Source: Candidatus Cloacimonadales bacterium | Lineage (GTDB): Bacteria; Cloacimonadota; Cloacimonadia; Cloacimonadales; JAFGVF01 | DNA length: 64,000 nucleotides | Reading direction: 5' to 3' | Assembly (NCBI GenBank): GCA_963662585.1 | Contig: OY759729.1 | Coordinates: forward strand, 1,024,001-1,088,000 | Shown here: piece by piece, positions 30,750-43,100 of the stretch | How positions within the stretch are numbered: position 1 is the first letter of the stretch | Layout: the number at the start of each line of letters is the position of its first letter | Notes under the pieces: generated by a model | Database searches by the model: none | Told to the model about the DNA's origin: nothing | Seen by the model: the letters and a program-made list of their open reading frames with translations, nothing else | Translations under genes and position numbers: made by a program

Positions 30750-33038
30750 TTATTCGTCTAAAGGATTAATTTCTAAAATATCATTTGATGATTTAACAGC
30801 AGGAATAAACCAACCATTAAGTATCTGTTTAACATCTTGTTCAAAACTATCATTTTTAAGTCCATCTTCAATACTAATAGCTTTCACTTCTACACGATTG
30901 TTATTATTAAAAAGGTGTACTTGAATGTTACTTTCAATTTGGTAATCTTTAGCGATTCTGGCAATTCTACCTTTAATGATATTTTGTTCTGAATCAGTAA
31001 AGAAAGGTTCAGTAGATTCTTCTTCCATTTCACTATCTTTAGCAAGATCTTCATTCATAACTTCTTCTTCAGTAGTTGGTTCAACAAGAGTCATAACTTC
31101 CTCTTCAACTTCAACAACTTCTGCTACTTCATCTGTAGCTTCTGTTGTAACTTCAGGAGTCTCTTCAAGAACTTCTACTTCTTCAACTATAACAGCCTCA
31201 GTCTCTTTTTCAACTTCTGGCATAACCATTTTCTCTTCATGAATAGGAGCTTGTTCAGCTTCTGTCATTTCAGTTGATTTCATCATTGCTTGATCAGGTC
31301 TAGCTACTACAAATTCAACTCTTCTATTAAGCTGTCTGTTCTCTTCACTATCATTGGCTACTTTAGGATTTTCTTGACCTTCACCACGATAATTAAGAAT
31401 TTCACTATCTATACCTTTATTGATTAGATATTGATATACTGATTTTGCTCTTCTTTCTGAAAGATCTTGATTATATTTAGCACTACCGATATCATCTGTA
31501 TAACCGATGATACATACATTAATTCCAGGATTTGTCATTATAGTAGCAACTAATTTATCTAAACTAGGGAAAGATTCTTCTTTTAAAGTAGCTTTATCAA
31601 AATCAAAATAGATGTTTTCAATTACATAATTCTTCTCTTCTAAAAGTTCAATTTGAATATCATAATTAAGTTCTTTGATGCCATCTTCAAAAAGAATTGA
31701 ATTTGAGTATACTTGATAATTTGGTTTAGCAATCTCAAAATAAACTGAATCTACTTTTGGTAAATAAAGATTGTAATAACCATTTGCATTTGATTGAATT
31801 ACATTAACAATCTTCTGATCCTTATAAGTATAAGACCAGTTAATATCTGCTGAAACAAGAGCACCTTTATTATCAGTTACTTCACCTGAAATTCTAATAC
31901 CATCAAGGTATTCTTCATTTAGAACAACAACTTTATAAATATCTTCTGCTCCAACACCATTTGCTCTATCTGAAGAGATAAAAGCTTCATTAGAATTATT
32001 AACTCTATAATAGTGTCTTTCATTATAGATAGTATTAATTTCAGGACCTAAGTTGATTGGAGTTTCCCATTCAGTCCAAGCATTACCACTTTTCTTAGCT
32101 TTGAAAATATCAAAACCACCAAATGAAGAGTGACCATTAGAAGCGAAGAAAAGAGATTGTCCATCCCAGCTTATAAATGGAGTTTGCTCATCATTAATTG
32201 TATTAATAACACTACCTAAGTTAATTGGTTCTTGCCATCCATTGATATTTTCTGACACCCAGATATCATATCCACCCATTGAACCAGGTCTATTAGAAGT
32301 AAAGAACATAACTCTGTCTTCAAAAACATAAGCTTGTAATTCGCTATAATCTGAAGATACTGTATTTAATCTTTCAGGACTAGTAAAAGCTTCGCGAACT
32401 CTTTGTGTGCGGTAGATACCACTCTTGGCATCTCCGTTATATTTACCAAACAAATAAGCATATTCGTTATCTTGTGAGAATGAATTTAATGATTCATTTC
32501 CATTAGTTAAAAGTGTTGTCGCAGGTTGAAGTTTACCCCATGTTCCACCTATTTTCTTACTAAAAAATATGTTCTCTTTGAGAGATTGGCATTTTCTAGC
32601 AGATGTGAAAAATAGATAATTTCCATCAGGTGTAACTATTGGAGCAAAATCGCTAAATTCTGAATTTAAATATCCCGGAAAGTAACCAAATTGATATAAA
32701 TGAATACCTTTAGACATTCTAATTACAGAATCTTCTATCAGCTTTAGTAAGTTATCATAATAATCATAATCTATTCCTGAAGCATTTTGAACATAATATT
32801 CCAAATTTTTATAAGCTTCAGGCATATCTCCTTTTGCCATTTGAACTTTAAACATAACTAAATAATTATCATAGTTATTAGGACTCTGTGCAATAGCTTT
32901 TTCCATTAGCTCTTCAGCTTGAGGACAATATCCCCTCTCTAAGAAAGTTTGTGCTTGCTCAATATAAGGTACTCCTAATTGAGCGAAAAGAAAAGAAAAA
33001 CTTAAAAGAGCCAAAGCAATAAAAAGTTTAGTTTTCAT
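30750..33038 (-). CDS. PorE-like TPR/PD40/OmpA peptidoglycan-binding protein with an acidic linker and a TonB-C-like C-terminal domain
   Basis: ATG 33038 after AAAGGAG. Signal peptide, TPR, PD40 repeats (APIVTPDGNYLFFTS; FFTSNRPGSMGGYDIW; LFFASNGH), OmpA_C (NIYFDFDKATL...GYTD...LSERRA...NRRVEF), then an E-rich stretch and an ~80-aa tail. Confidence 0.85.
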   Translation of the reverse strand: MKTKLFIALALLSFSFLFAQLGVPYIEQAQTFLERGYCPQAEELMEKAIAQSPNNYDNYLVMFKVQMAKGDMPEAYKNLEYYVQNASGIDYDYYDNLLKLIEDSVIRMSKGIHLYQFGYFPGYLNSEFSDFAPIVTPDGNYLFFTSARKCQSLKENIFFSKKIGGTWGKLQPATTLLTNGNESLNSFSQDNEYAYLFGKYNGDAKSGIYRTQRVREAFTSPERLNTVSSDYSELQAYVFEDRVMFFTSNRPGSMGGYDIWVSENINGWQEPINLGSVINTINDEQTPFISWDGQSLFFASNGHSSFGGFDIFKAKKSGNAWTEWETPINLGPEINTIYNERHYYRVNNSNEAFISSDRANGVGAEDIYKVVVLNEEYLDGIRISGEVTDNKGALVSADINWSYTYKDQKIVNVIQSNANGYYNLYLPKVDSVYFEIAKPNYQVYSNSILFEDGIKELNYDIQIELLEEKNYVIENIYFDFDKATLKEESFPSLDKLVATIMTNPGINVCIIGYTDDIGSAKYNQDLSERRAKSVYQYLINKGIDSEILNYRGEGQENPKVANDSEENRQLNRRVEFVVARPDQAMMKSTEMTEAEQAPIHEEKMVMPEVEKETEAVIVEEVEVLEETPEVTTEATDEVAEVVEVEEEVMTLVEPTTEEEVMNEDLAKDSEMEEESTEPFFTDSEQNIIKGRIARIAKDYQIESNIQVHLFNNNNRVEVKAISIEDGLKNDSFEQDVKQILNGWFIPAVKSSNDILEINPLDE

Positions 33039-33070
33039 GAAATCTCCTTTTTCAATGTTATTTTCAATTT

Positions 33071-33141
33071 TCAAAACTTCTCTTAAACCCTACAGAATAG
33101 AGTTTAAAAGAAGTTTTGAGAGGGGAAACCCCTCTCAAAAC
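33071..33141 (-). promoter_or_regulatory. Two overlapping intercistronic hairpins (terminator/attenuator-like)
   Basis: GTTTTGAGAGGGG-aaa-CCCCTCTCAAAAC (33113-41) overlaps TCAAAACTTCTCTTAAAC...GTTTAAAAGAAGTTTTGA (33071-119). Confidence 0.65.
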
Positions 33142-33150
33142 AATCTATGT

Positions 33151-34107
33151 TTAGAATCTAAATGTTAAACCATATCTATGATTATTTTCGTTGATTCCTT
33201 CAGAATCTTCGGTTACATAAGCATAGTTCATTTCAATCATTTTAAATCTAATTCCGAAACCGGCTGTGAATTGACCATCATTAGCACCAATTCTTACACC
33301 AGCTTGTACTTTAGAGAACATATCTTCCCAAGTAGCATCTTGAGTATTTCTCATTGTTCCAAGACCAGCACCTAGATCTGTATCATTTCCAACATTTGCC
33401 CAGTATTCTGCACCCATGTGTACTGTAATATCATCAGAACTTTCTTCTTGTCTTAAATCTCCAGAAACAGTTAATCCTCTCATTGGGAAAACTGCTACAC
33501 CAAGATTATATTGCATTGGAATATTTACATCATCGAATTTACTATATAAATCTCTGATATTAGCACCAAATGAAATATATTCATTCATTTCATACATAGC
33601 ACCCAAGTCTATTCCAAAACCATTTGCAGATTCATCATCCATGTTATCAAATAACATCTTAATGCTTGAACCCCAAAGGAATTTTCCTGTGCGAGTTGCT
33701 AAACTTAAGTTGATATTATTATCTTGGACATCATAAATACCAGTTGAGTTTCCTTGACCATCATAAGAATCTATATCAGTAACTCCAGCATTTATCCAAG
33801 AGATAGCCATGTAGCCATATTTGAATCTCATTCCCATACCAGCATAGCTTGTAGTTCTATCTAAACCTAAGCCATCGGTATAATCTATTCCTACTTGATA
33901 ATCTGCAATCTTTGCTAATCCAGCAGGATTCCAGTAAGCAGCTGTGATATCATTCATATATGCAGTACCTGTACCACCCATTGCCATACCTTTTGCACCA
34001 TAACCCATACGGAGATAAGGTTTATTGTGGTTATTATCAGCAATAAGAGCGGAAACAAGACCTAGCATCACTGCTACAATTATCATTATCTTTACACTTT
34101 TAGTCAT
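33151..34107 (-). CDS. PorV/UPF0164-like outer-membrane beta-barrel protein
   Basis: Signal peptide; YLRMGYGAKGMAMGG...AAYWNPAGLA signature of the FadL/PorV clan; GFGIDLGAMY; amphipathic strands; terminal ...YGLTFRF. Confidence 0.85.
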   Translation of the reverse strand: MTKSVKIMIIVAVMLGLVSALIADNNHNKPYLRMGYGAKGMAMGGTGTAYMNDITAAYWNPAGLAKIADYQVGIDYTDGLGLDRTTSYAGMGMRFKYGYMAISWINAGVTDIDSYDGQGNSTGIYDVQDNNINLSLATRTGKFLWGSSIKMLFDNMDDESANGFGIDLGAMYEMNEYISFGANIRDLYSKFDDVNIPMQYNLGVAVFPMRGLTVSGDLRQEESSDDITVHMGAEYWANVGNDTDLGAGLGTMRNTQDATWEDMFSKVQAGVRIGANDGQFTAGFGIRFKMIEMNYAYVTEDSEGINENNHRYGLTFRF

Positions 34108-34128
34108 TTATTCCTCCAAATTATTAGA

Positions 34129-34149
34129 GGAAGGGGGTGTACCCCCTCC
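34129..34149 (-). promoter_or_regulatory. Intercistronic GC-rich hairpin after the giant gene
   Basis: The minus strand reads GGAGGGGGT-ac-ACCCCCTTCC 5 bp after the stop, with no U-tract, followed by the GGAGG RBS of the barrel gene. Confidence 0.6.
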
Positions 34150-34154
34150 CAATT

Positions 34155-37100
34155 TTATTGAATTGCTATCTTAACAACCTTATTAAGTTCCTTAGCACCA
34201 TCAACTATGTTGATTCTTGCGAAGTAAGCACCACGAGCTAATCTCTTACCATCGTTAGTTCTTCCGTCGAATTGAATCATATTGTTAGTGTTTCCACCAA
34301 TTGAGTTATGGTTCATTTCACGAACAAGTTTACCAGCGAAATCGAAGATTTCAATAGTAACTTGTGCTTCTTTAGTAGTAGGAATTACGAAAGTACCAGC
34401 ATCGCCTCTTGTAAGAGGTGAAGGATACATATAAGGTTTTGCAGTGAACTCTAAATCCATAGCAGAGTAATCAATTTCAACCATGAAGTTCATCATCTTA
34501 GTTGTTCTGTTTCCAGCTTTATCATAGATGGTAGCTTCAATATGATATTGACCAAGGCCACTAACAGGAACACGGCAAGCATAACTATTAGAAACATCAG
34601 TTTTTACAGTATCAAGGACAGTAGCGTTAGCATTGTCATAGGCTTTTACTTCTAATCTATCTAAGCCAGAAGTTGCCATTGATTTAACTGTAGGCATAAT
34701 ATCTGATAATTCCATCATAACATCAACAAACATATTCTCAGTTTGAGTGTATGTTGTATTTGCTTCAGGAGATACAAATTCAACAGTAGGACTGTAAGAG
34801 TCTATTGGATAACTATGGTTAGCTACAGCATCACCACCAGCTACATTAGAAGCCATTACAATAACTTTAATTGCGTTTGCATCAGTAGGTATTACGCCAC
34901 CGTGAACATTAACAACGAATTCATTATTAACAGCTTGGACTGTAAATGGTTCATAGATAACTTCATTACTTGGAATAGCAATTACGCTAGCCATGATTGA
35001 AGAGTTATCTAAAGTATAGCCATTACCATCAACTGTGAATGTGATGTTGTTATTGTTTTGAGTATTAACCCAACCATTAGAATCATCAAGATCTGAGATA
35101 GTAATGATTGGAGCAGGAGCAGTGATATCGAAGTTTCTAGTAACAGTAGTTACATTGCCAGCCATATCTTTGGCTTGTGCTTCGATTACGAAAGTTCCAG
35201 CCATATCTGGAGTAACAACAAGATTGAATGATTCAGGAGTTTCAGTATCCATAGCTTCTGCTAAGAAATCACTGTTAAGTGAAGTAACTTTGATAGAAGT
35301 CATAGTTAATCCTGACATATTGTCTGTTGCTACGATATTAACATTAACACTATTTCCAATCATTGTTGTATAGTCAGCCATTGGATTAACAACAGTTAAT
35401 TCAGGTCTGCTATTATCGATTGGATAAGTTTGACTTGATACAGTTTGGACAGCCCAATCATTTACTGCAACAACTTCAACTTTAATTGCGTTTTGACCAG
35501 GAGTAACAATACCACCGTGGAAGTTAATAGTTCCAGTACCATTCTCAAGAGTTACTGAGAAAGGTCCTTGGATAACATCGTTGTTTGGTAATTGGATGAT
35601 ATTAGCAACAACAGATTGAAGCTCAGTATCAGTGTGTCCTGATTCAACAGTTAAGTCGAATTCATAGTTATTAGCAGTAGTGATCCACCATGAGCCATTA
35701 GCTAGAGGGCTAAAGTCAACAACAGGTGCAGGACCACCAACAACTTCGAAGTTAACAGTTGCAGATGCAGTATTACCAACAAAGTCACTAACAGAAGCAA
35801 CTGCAGTATGAGCACCAGGTACTAAATCTGAAGCAGCATAAGCAAATGAACCGTTACTAATTTCACCAGTAATTACATCACCATCAAGAGTAACAACAAG
35901 TGTTGAAATATCAATACCTGAAGCACCTGAGAAGTGTTGTACTAAGTCGTCATCTATGAAGTGACCTTGAGGGTCAGTAAATGAGAAGGCAACTTGAGCA
36001 TCAGAACCATAATTAACTACAAGGTTTGCAGGAGCAGTAGCAGTAACGATAGGATCCATATAATCTAAACCGAATGTTTGTTCAGCAACATTATTTACAT
36101 CGATATCATCAATTGCATTAACTGCGATTTTTAAACCAAGTGAGTTTGGAAGTTGTAATTGAGCAAATCCGAATGTATATTCATTAGCATTTGCTGTTGG
36201 TACAGGGTTAGAAGTTTGAATAAGAATACCGGCAGGGTTAAGATCAGTAACTGCAAGAATACTAACATCAATATCTTCAAGAGCAATAGTTCTACCATCA
36301 GCAGGAACTACAGTCATAAGAACTTGATTAGACATTGCAGGGTTAATCCACCATCCGTTTTCGAATCCATCGTTATGAATAGTAATTTGTGGTCTGTTAA
36401 CAACTACATTAGCAGTAACATTAGCAGCCATTACATTAACTTGGTTGAGGTTATTTTCAGCAGTCCATTGAACATTGAGTGAAGCGATTTCTCTGCTTCT
36501 CATTGGTTGTGGAACTAAAGTAACTAACTCTTCAACACTCATTTCATAACTGAAAATATTACCTGTAACAGTCATTTCATTCATTGGAACAGTAACAACA
36601 GCATTTACTGCTGGGTCGTTGTTAGTGATAACTAAGTTATAATCAACAAGACCTGTTTCAGCATCTTCCATAGTAGCTGTTAAAGTTCTATTTGTAGCTG
36701 ATAATTGAACTGTTGAATCAAATGCGATAGTAGGTAATGTGCTATCAACATTGAATGTTAATGTTTGATTTGCTTGGAAACCATTCATTTCAACATTAAC
36801 CATAAGTTCATTAAGGCCAGCGTTCATATTAACTAAATCGAAACTTACCACACCATTATTAAGAACTATGTTATTAACATTATTAACACCATTATTAAGA
36901 GTGATAGAAATATTAGCTAAACCGAAACCTGCAGGTAATTGATAACCCATTTCTGTTTCTTCATGATATACATTGAAGTTCATTGCTACATTAGGAAGAG
37001 TCCATAATGCACCAGCATTCATATATACATCATTATTAACAGGAGCAAATTCTGTAACAAACATTTCGAATCCAACATATTGACCAACAGTAACAACTGT

Positions 37101-40100
37101 ATTAACAGGAGCAGTGAAAGTCATAGTTGCATTAGTTTCATTATAATCAACATCGATTTCAACGAAGTCTGCAAGAAGAGCATCCCAAGCAAGAGCAACT
37201 ACATTACCTTCAACTGCCATAGTACCTGTAAGAGGTAATGTATAAACAGCGTTTCCAGCAATATTAGAATTAACAAGAACTTGGTCTGTAAGTTGTGCAT
37301 AGTGGTCAGCTAAAGGCATTTGGTTATCTAACATAACAAACCAGTAAGGGTTGTTGTAGTTAACAGTAACGCCATTAGAAGCAGCCATAGCATCTAATTC
37401 AACGAATTTTAACCAAGCAGCATTATTAGCTACACCTGATAACCAGTATCCAGGTAATTCGTTATTAGCATTAACAACTAAGTTGAATTCATAGTTTTCA
37501 TTAATAGTTTCATAACCAGCATAACCAAGCTCGTTAAATCTAACTACATTTGGCATAGAGTCTGTATCAACTATCATTAAGTTATTTTCATGAATTTCGA
37601 TATTTCCATTAGCAGGAACTAAGTCAAATTCACCAGCATTATAAGTAACATCTAAAGGATAAACAAGAGAAGTTTCTTCATCATTGTTCATCATTACAAG
37701 AACTTTAATACCAGAAGCATTTGAAATAGCTTCAGCATTGAAATCAAATTCATAGTAAGGATCATTGTTTGTAGTATTGATTGCGAAATCAATCCAATCA
37801 ACATTGTTTGTTGTATATTGTGCTACAACAGAAGTAACATTATTACCCCAGTGGTTAACCATAGCATACATTTTGTCAGAACTGATTGCTTCATTATTAA
37901 ATTCGAAACCAGTAATAACTGCATAAGGGTCATTTTCATTAGGAGTAACAACTACTACATTTTGTAGAACATTATTTACGAATCCATCATTATCAGTAAC
38001 GATAGCTTCGATAGTATAAGTACCAACGCTAGCAAGAAGAGCTGTGTTCCATACATAAGTATATGGAGCAGCATTTACAAGAGCATGTGATAGACCATTT
38101 ATTTTGAATTCAACTGAAGCAACATCTAAAGGAGCAATATTATTTGTTCCGTCAGTGTAGTTAACATCAGCATTAATGCTTACTAAGTTTCCTAAAACAA
38201 ATTCTGAATCATTATCAATATTTGTGAAGAATACTTCAGGAGCAGTAGCATCAAAATAAACATTATTAGCAAGAGCAACTTCTGTTTCATTGAATGGAAC
38301 AGCAAGGTCTCTTACCATTGCTTTGAAGTTATAGAAACCTTTAACTAAACCAAGATTTGCAAAAGTAACTTCAGCAGTGTTGTTAGTAACAACAGCAGCA
38401 GTAGTTCCAAGAGAAACCCAAGTATTGTTTAAAATGTCAGCATAAAGAAGTTCGATATTAGTATCAAGAACTTCATCAGCAGCAACATCGAAAGTTAAAG
38501 TAATTTCATCATTTAAATTGAAGATAGAATCATCAGCAATACCAGCAACTGCAGGAGTTACAGGAGTAACAGCTCTATCAATAATTACATCTGCTTGAAC
38601 TTGAACATCTACAAATCTTACAACAGGTCCGAAACCGAAGGTATAAACACCATCAACATCAGTTGCTGCAGGAGTGAATGTATAAGTAGCAAGACCATTA
38701 ACAACAGGGATAAGAACAGGAGCTGACCAATCAGTGGCTGCAGGAGCCTTCATCCAAGTGTTAAGTTCATCTACATCAGCACCAACACTAAGTTCAATTA
38801 CAACTGGACCGTTGAAGTGAACATTGTTGAAAGCAGCTAATGTATTAACATTATTAATAGCAATAGGAGTCACATTGTCTCTTACTTGGTAAGAAACCAT
38901 TGTTTCTGAACTATTGTTATATTCATCAGTAATTTCAGCTTTGAATTCGTAACTTGAATTCATTAACCAATTGTTTGGAATCATCCATTGGTTATTAGCA
39001 TCAAGTACGATTGGAGTCCATACATTATTAGCAGCATCAGATAACCAGTAGTAGTTAATAGCTAAATTTGCAACAGCAGTTACATTATCCATTGCATTTG
39101 CATTGAATGTGTAAGCAAGACCGCGCTCGATATAACCATTATCATTTTCTACAAGTTCTAAAGCACCTGTAGGAGCATCAGTATCAACACTGAAAGCAAA
39201 TGCTTCAGTATAGTTATGACCAACAAAGTCAGCTGTAGTAACTTCGATTTGATAAGTTCCGGTAGTTAAAGCGGAGATATCTAATGTATAGTTAACAACA
39301 GTAGGATTCATTTGGTTATTAGTATTATAAGTAACTGCATTAACTTCAGTACCGTCGAGAGTAATAACAACACTACTTAAATCAAGTACTGCGTTATCAA
39401 CTGTTACAGCGATATCAAGAGCATTAGCAATAGCTACAGTAGCATCAGCAGCAACAGGGTTACCAGCTTGAGTTACTGTAAGAGCAGTTACCATAGGAGC
39501 GTCACTATCTACGATATCTACAACATAAGGAGTTCCACCATTAGCGATAAAGCTAACTTGGTCTGCAACATTGCCGAAGATATTTTCAACTTGAATAGCT
39601 AATTGAACTTTTTCTGCAAAGAGATAATCCATGCCAATAGTCCAATTATAATCATCAGCTGTGAAGCCACTTAATTGATTCCAAGGAGAAGCTACATTAT
39701 CATTTTCATCTAAGAAACGATACATATAGTTAACTTGGTTTAAGTATTCTGGATGAGTAGATACAACATTTCCAAGAGAAAGGATGTATTCAGTACCTCT
39801 GTTAACTTCAGTAGTTACAGCACCATCAATTGTACTTACTACAATCTCAGGAACGATTGTAGAGTTCCAGATATGTAAGTTAGTTTCATTAATAACTTGT
39901 CCGAAGTTATATTCTGAAACTGTTCTTACTGTATAATCACCATCCATGTTAGCAATGTTCCAGTTAACATCCATATATTGAGCGTAACCTGTGATTGTAC
40001 CAGTACCTGCGAAGTTAGCAATTGGATTCCAGGCAGCATTTGCAGCAAATTGCATCCAGTTTGTTCCATTCCAGTACTCGAATCTAACATTGTTTGGTAC

Positions 40101-43100
40101 TATTACATTATTACCTTCAGGTAAGAATGCAAACATATTAATATTATTACCACCGATAACATCAGTGATTTCTTCATTATTAGTTACGCTAGTTTGGTGA
40201 TAAGTTTCTGCACCATTTCTGAAGTCTGAAACAACCATAATTCTAGCACCAACTTCAGCACTTCTTAGAGTGAAGTTACCAGCATTGAAGATAGCAGAAA
40301 CATAATCATTATGATCAGTTAGAGCAACATCAACATTAACCATGATATTATCTTGGCCATTAATAACTTCATTCATCATTGCTTGTGAAGGAGTCCAATC
40401 AAATACTAGCATAGCACCATCATCGCTAACTTTTACATCAACAACATCAACAATAGCATTGTGAGTAAATGTAGCTTCAAGAGCTTTAACACCAAGTCCG
40501 TCACCATTTGCATCAACTAATTGAGCTAAGTAGTCATTATATGCTACTGTGAATTGGTGAGTTTCAGTGTAGATACCAGACATATTAAGAGCATTATTAA
40601 CTGCTGTGATTACAGGAGCGTTAGTGTCAATATGAAGGTCATCACCGAGAATTGGAGTTAAGTTGCTAGGATTATTAACGAAGTCTTGAACCATTACTTC
40701 AAGATAGTAGTTACCATCAGGAACACCAGCAAGAAGAACTGAGAAATCAGTAGGTCTTACATCGTAGGCTGCATAAACATCATTAACTAATCCGTAAGTA
40801 TTAGCAGGATTATTTACATCAACTAACCATGCTTGAACAGTATGAACATCATTAGCATTAACATAAGTTAAGCTAAATTCAACATTTTCATCAAGCACTT
40901 TATATGTATCTAACATTACTGTATTAAGAGCAACAAAGTCAAATACAGGAGCAGTGTTGTCGATGATTAAGTTCATTTCAACAGCTGCAGCTTGGTCGTC
41001 AGTAGCTACTAAGTTATCAAATGGAACTGCTCTAAAGAGGTAAGAACCATCAACAATAGTAGTTGTATCGAATTGATAAGCAAAACCATCAGCATTAATC
41101 ATTTCTGAAGTAATAGCAAAGTTTGCTTTTTCTAGAGGTCCAATAATACCGTCATTATTTGCATCAACGAAATAATTAACAGTATAAGTATCTCTTGTTA
41201 AAGTAACTGTTTTTGACCAATTATCATTAGCACCATCTAATTCTACCATTGTAGTATTAAGTGCACTATCAATAATTTCAACATGAACACCAGGAACAAC
41301 AGCATAAGGAATAGCAGCATTATCAATACTAAAGAGATAATCTACATCAGCCATTGAATCATCAGTTCCAATAGCAATCCAATTCATACCATCATTATAT
41401 TGGAATTCAACAGAAGCTACATTAGCAGGAGTAGCTACGGTAGCTGTTAATAATTCTAAACCTGAGATAACATCATTAGCATTGTGATTAACAATAGTTG
41501 TTGTGATATCAGTTTGGTAAAGAACATTTACAGTTAAGTTAATAGCATTATTAAGTTCAGCATTAGTTAAAACACCATCTAATGGAGTAACATCAGCTTC
41601 AATGTTGCCACGAGTATCTTCAGCGATAACTGCAAATTCTACAACAGCACCATTATTAACATTGATATCAAATTGATACATATCATTAGCATCAACTTCA
41701 TGATCAAAAGCTATACGATTCCAACCAGCACCATCGATATTTCTATAGAGACTTACTGGAGGGTAAATATCATCATTAGTATTTGCATACCAAGGTTGAG
41801 TTTGATTAGCCCAAGTATCTGTATTTTCTGAAGATAAACCAAGAATTTGTGTTCTATCGATTTGGATAGTTAAATTCTCAGTACCAGCTAATACAAATAT
41901 AGGGTTGCCATCGAATGCATGAATTTGATTCATAGCTTCGCCACCATTATCAGCATCAGTCATATAAGCAACATTTGCGATAGTAGTTTGAGGAGCTTGG
42001 TTATCAACGAATACATCGATAGGAGTAATTTCAGAAACATTACCGTTCATATCAGTAACAGTAACATTATAAGTAATCACACCTTCACCAGCGATATTAT
42101 TAAGGCCAGTCCAAGGAATAGATACTGTATTTGTTAAAGCATTGATTGTGATGTTTGCGTTATCAGCAACATTAACTGCGTTATAATCTACAACGAAGTC
42201 GTTAATGTTAAGACCATCAAAGTCAACGAAATCAAATACTAATCTATCAGTGTTAGCATTATAATAAGTATATGAAGTGTGAGTTACAGAAGCATTATTC
42301 ACAGTAAGTTCAGGTTTCATATAATCAACTCTGAAGTTAGCATCAAAACTAACAATACCTACTTGAGGAATAACTTCAATATTTGTATAACTATCGATCA
42401 ATACAGCATAGAACTCGTAAGTATAGTCTGTACCATCATAGTTACCATTATTTGTATAGAGGCTAGGATCTACAGTAATCCAACTGTTCCATACATTAGC
42501 AGTTGCATCATAACAGTTAGCAGGTAATACTACATTGTTGTTTCCGTATTGAGGATTAACAGCAGCATCATTATTAACTGGTAAAGTTGCAAGAACATTT
42601 CCGGTAGCAGTTTCTATTCTATTTACGAAGAATTGAACTTCTGCGATACCTTCTAATCCGTTTGGATATGTTGTATAGATTCTAACATCATTCATTGTTA
42701 AGTCATTGTTTGGTGAATAAACTGTTCCGTTAGCAATAAGATTATCGCTATTGAAATTAGTATAATCAACTAATGATAAGTTATAGAATTTATCATAAGA
42801 AGGATTAACTATTTCAAGAACTGTTGAGAAGTCAGCTTCAGCAGAAACATTACCAACAAAGTCAAATGCTTTAGCAGTAATAATAACTCGGCCGATATCA
42901 GTAGCATCATAAATCCAGTTAACAGGATTTACCATGTCATAAACTAATACATCGCCATTAACAGTTAATTCAACGAAATCAACATCAGTCCAAGTACCAA
43001 CTAAGGCAGTTAGGTTAATGTTATTATTAGCTGGAGTGATATAATCATAAACTACTTGAGTAGGGTTCATGCCAGCAGCTAAGACATCAGATACTTCAGG

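Noticed and set aside
33039..33074. Tracked TTG start of the OmpA-family gene
   Set aside because: ATG 33038 has an AAAGGAG RBS and begins a clean signal peptide.
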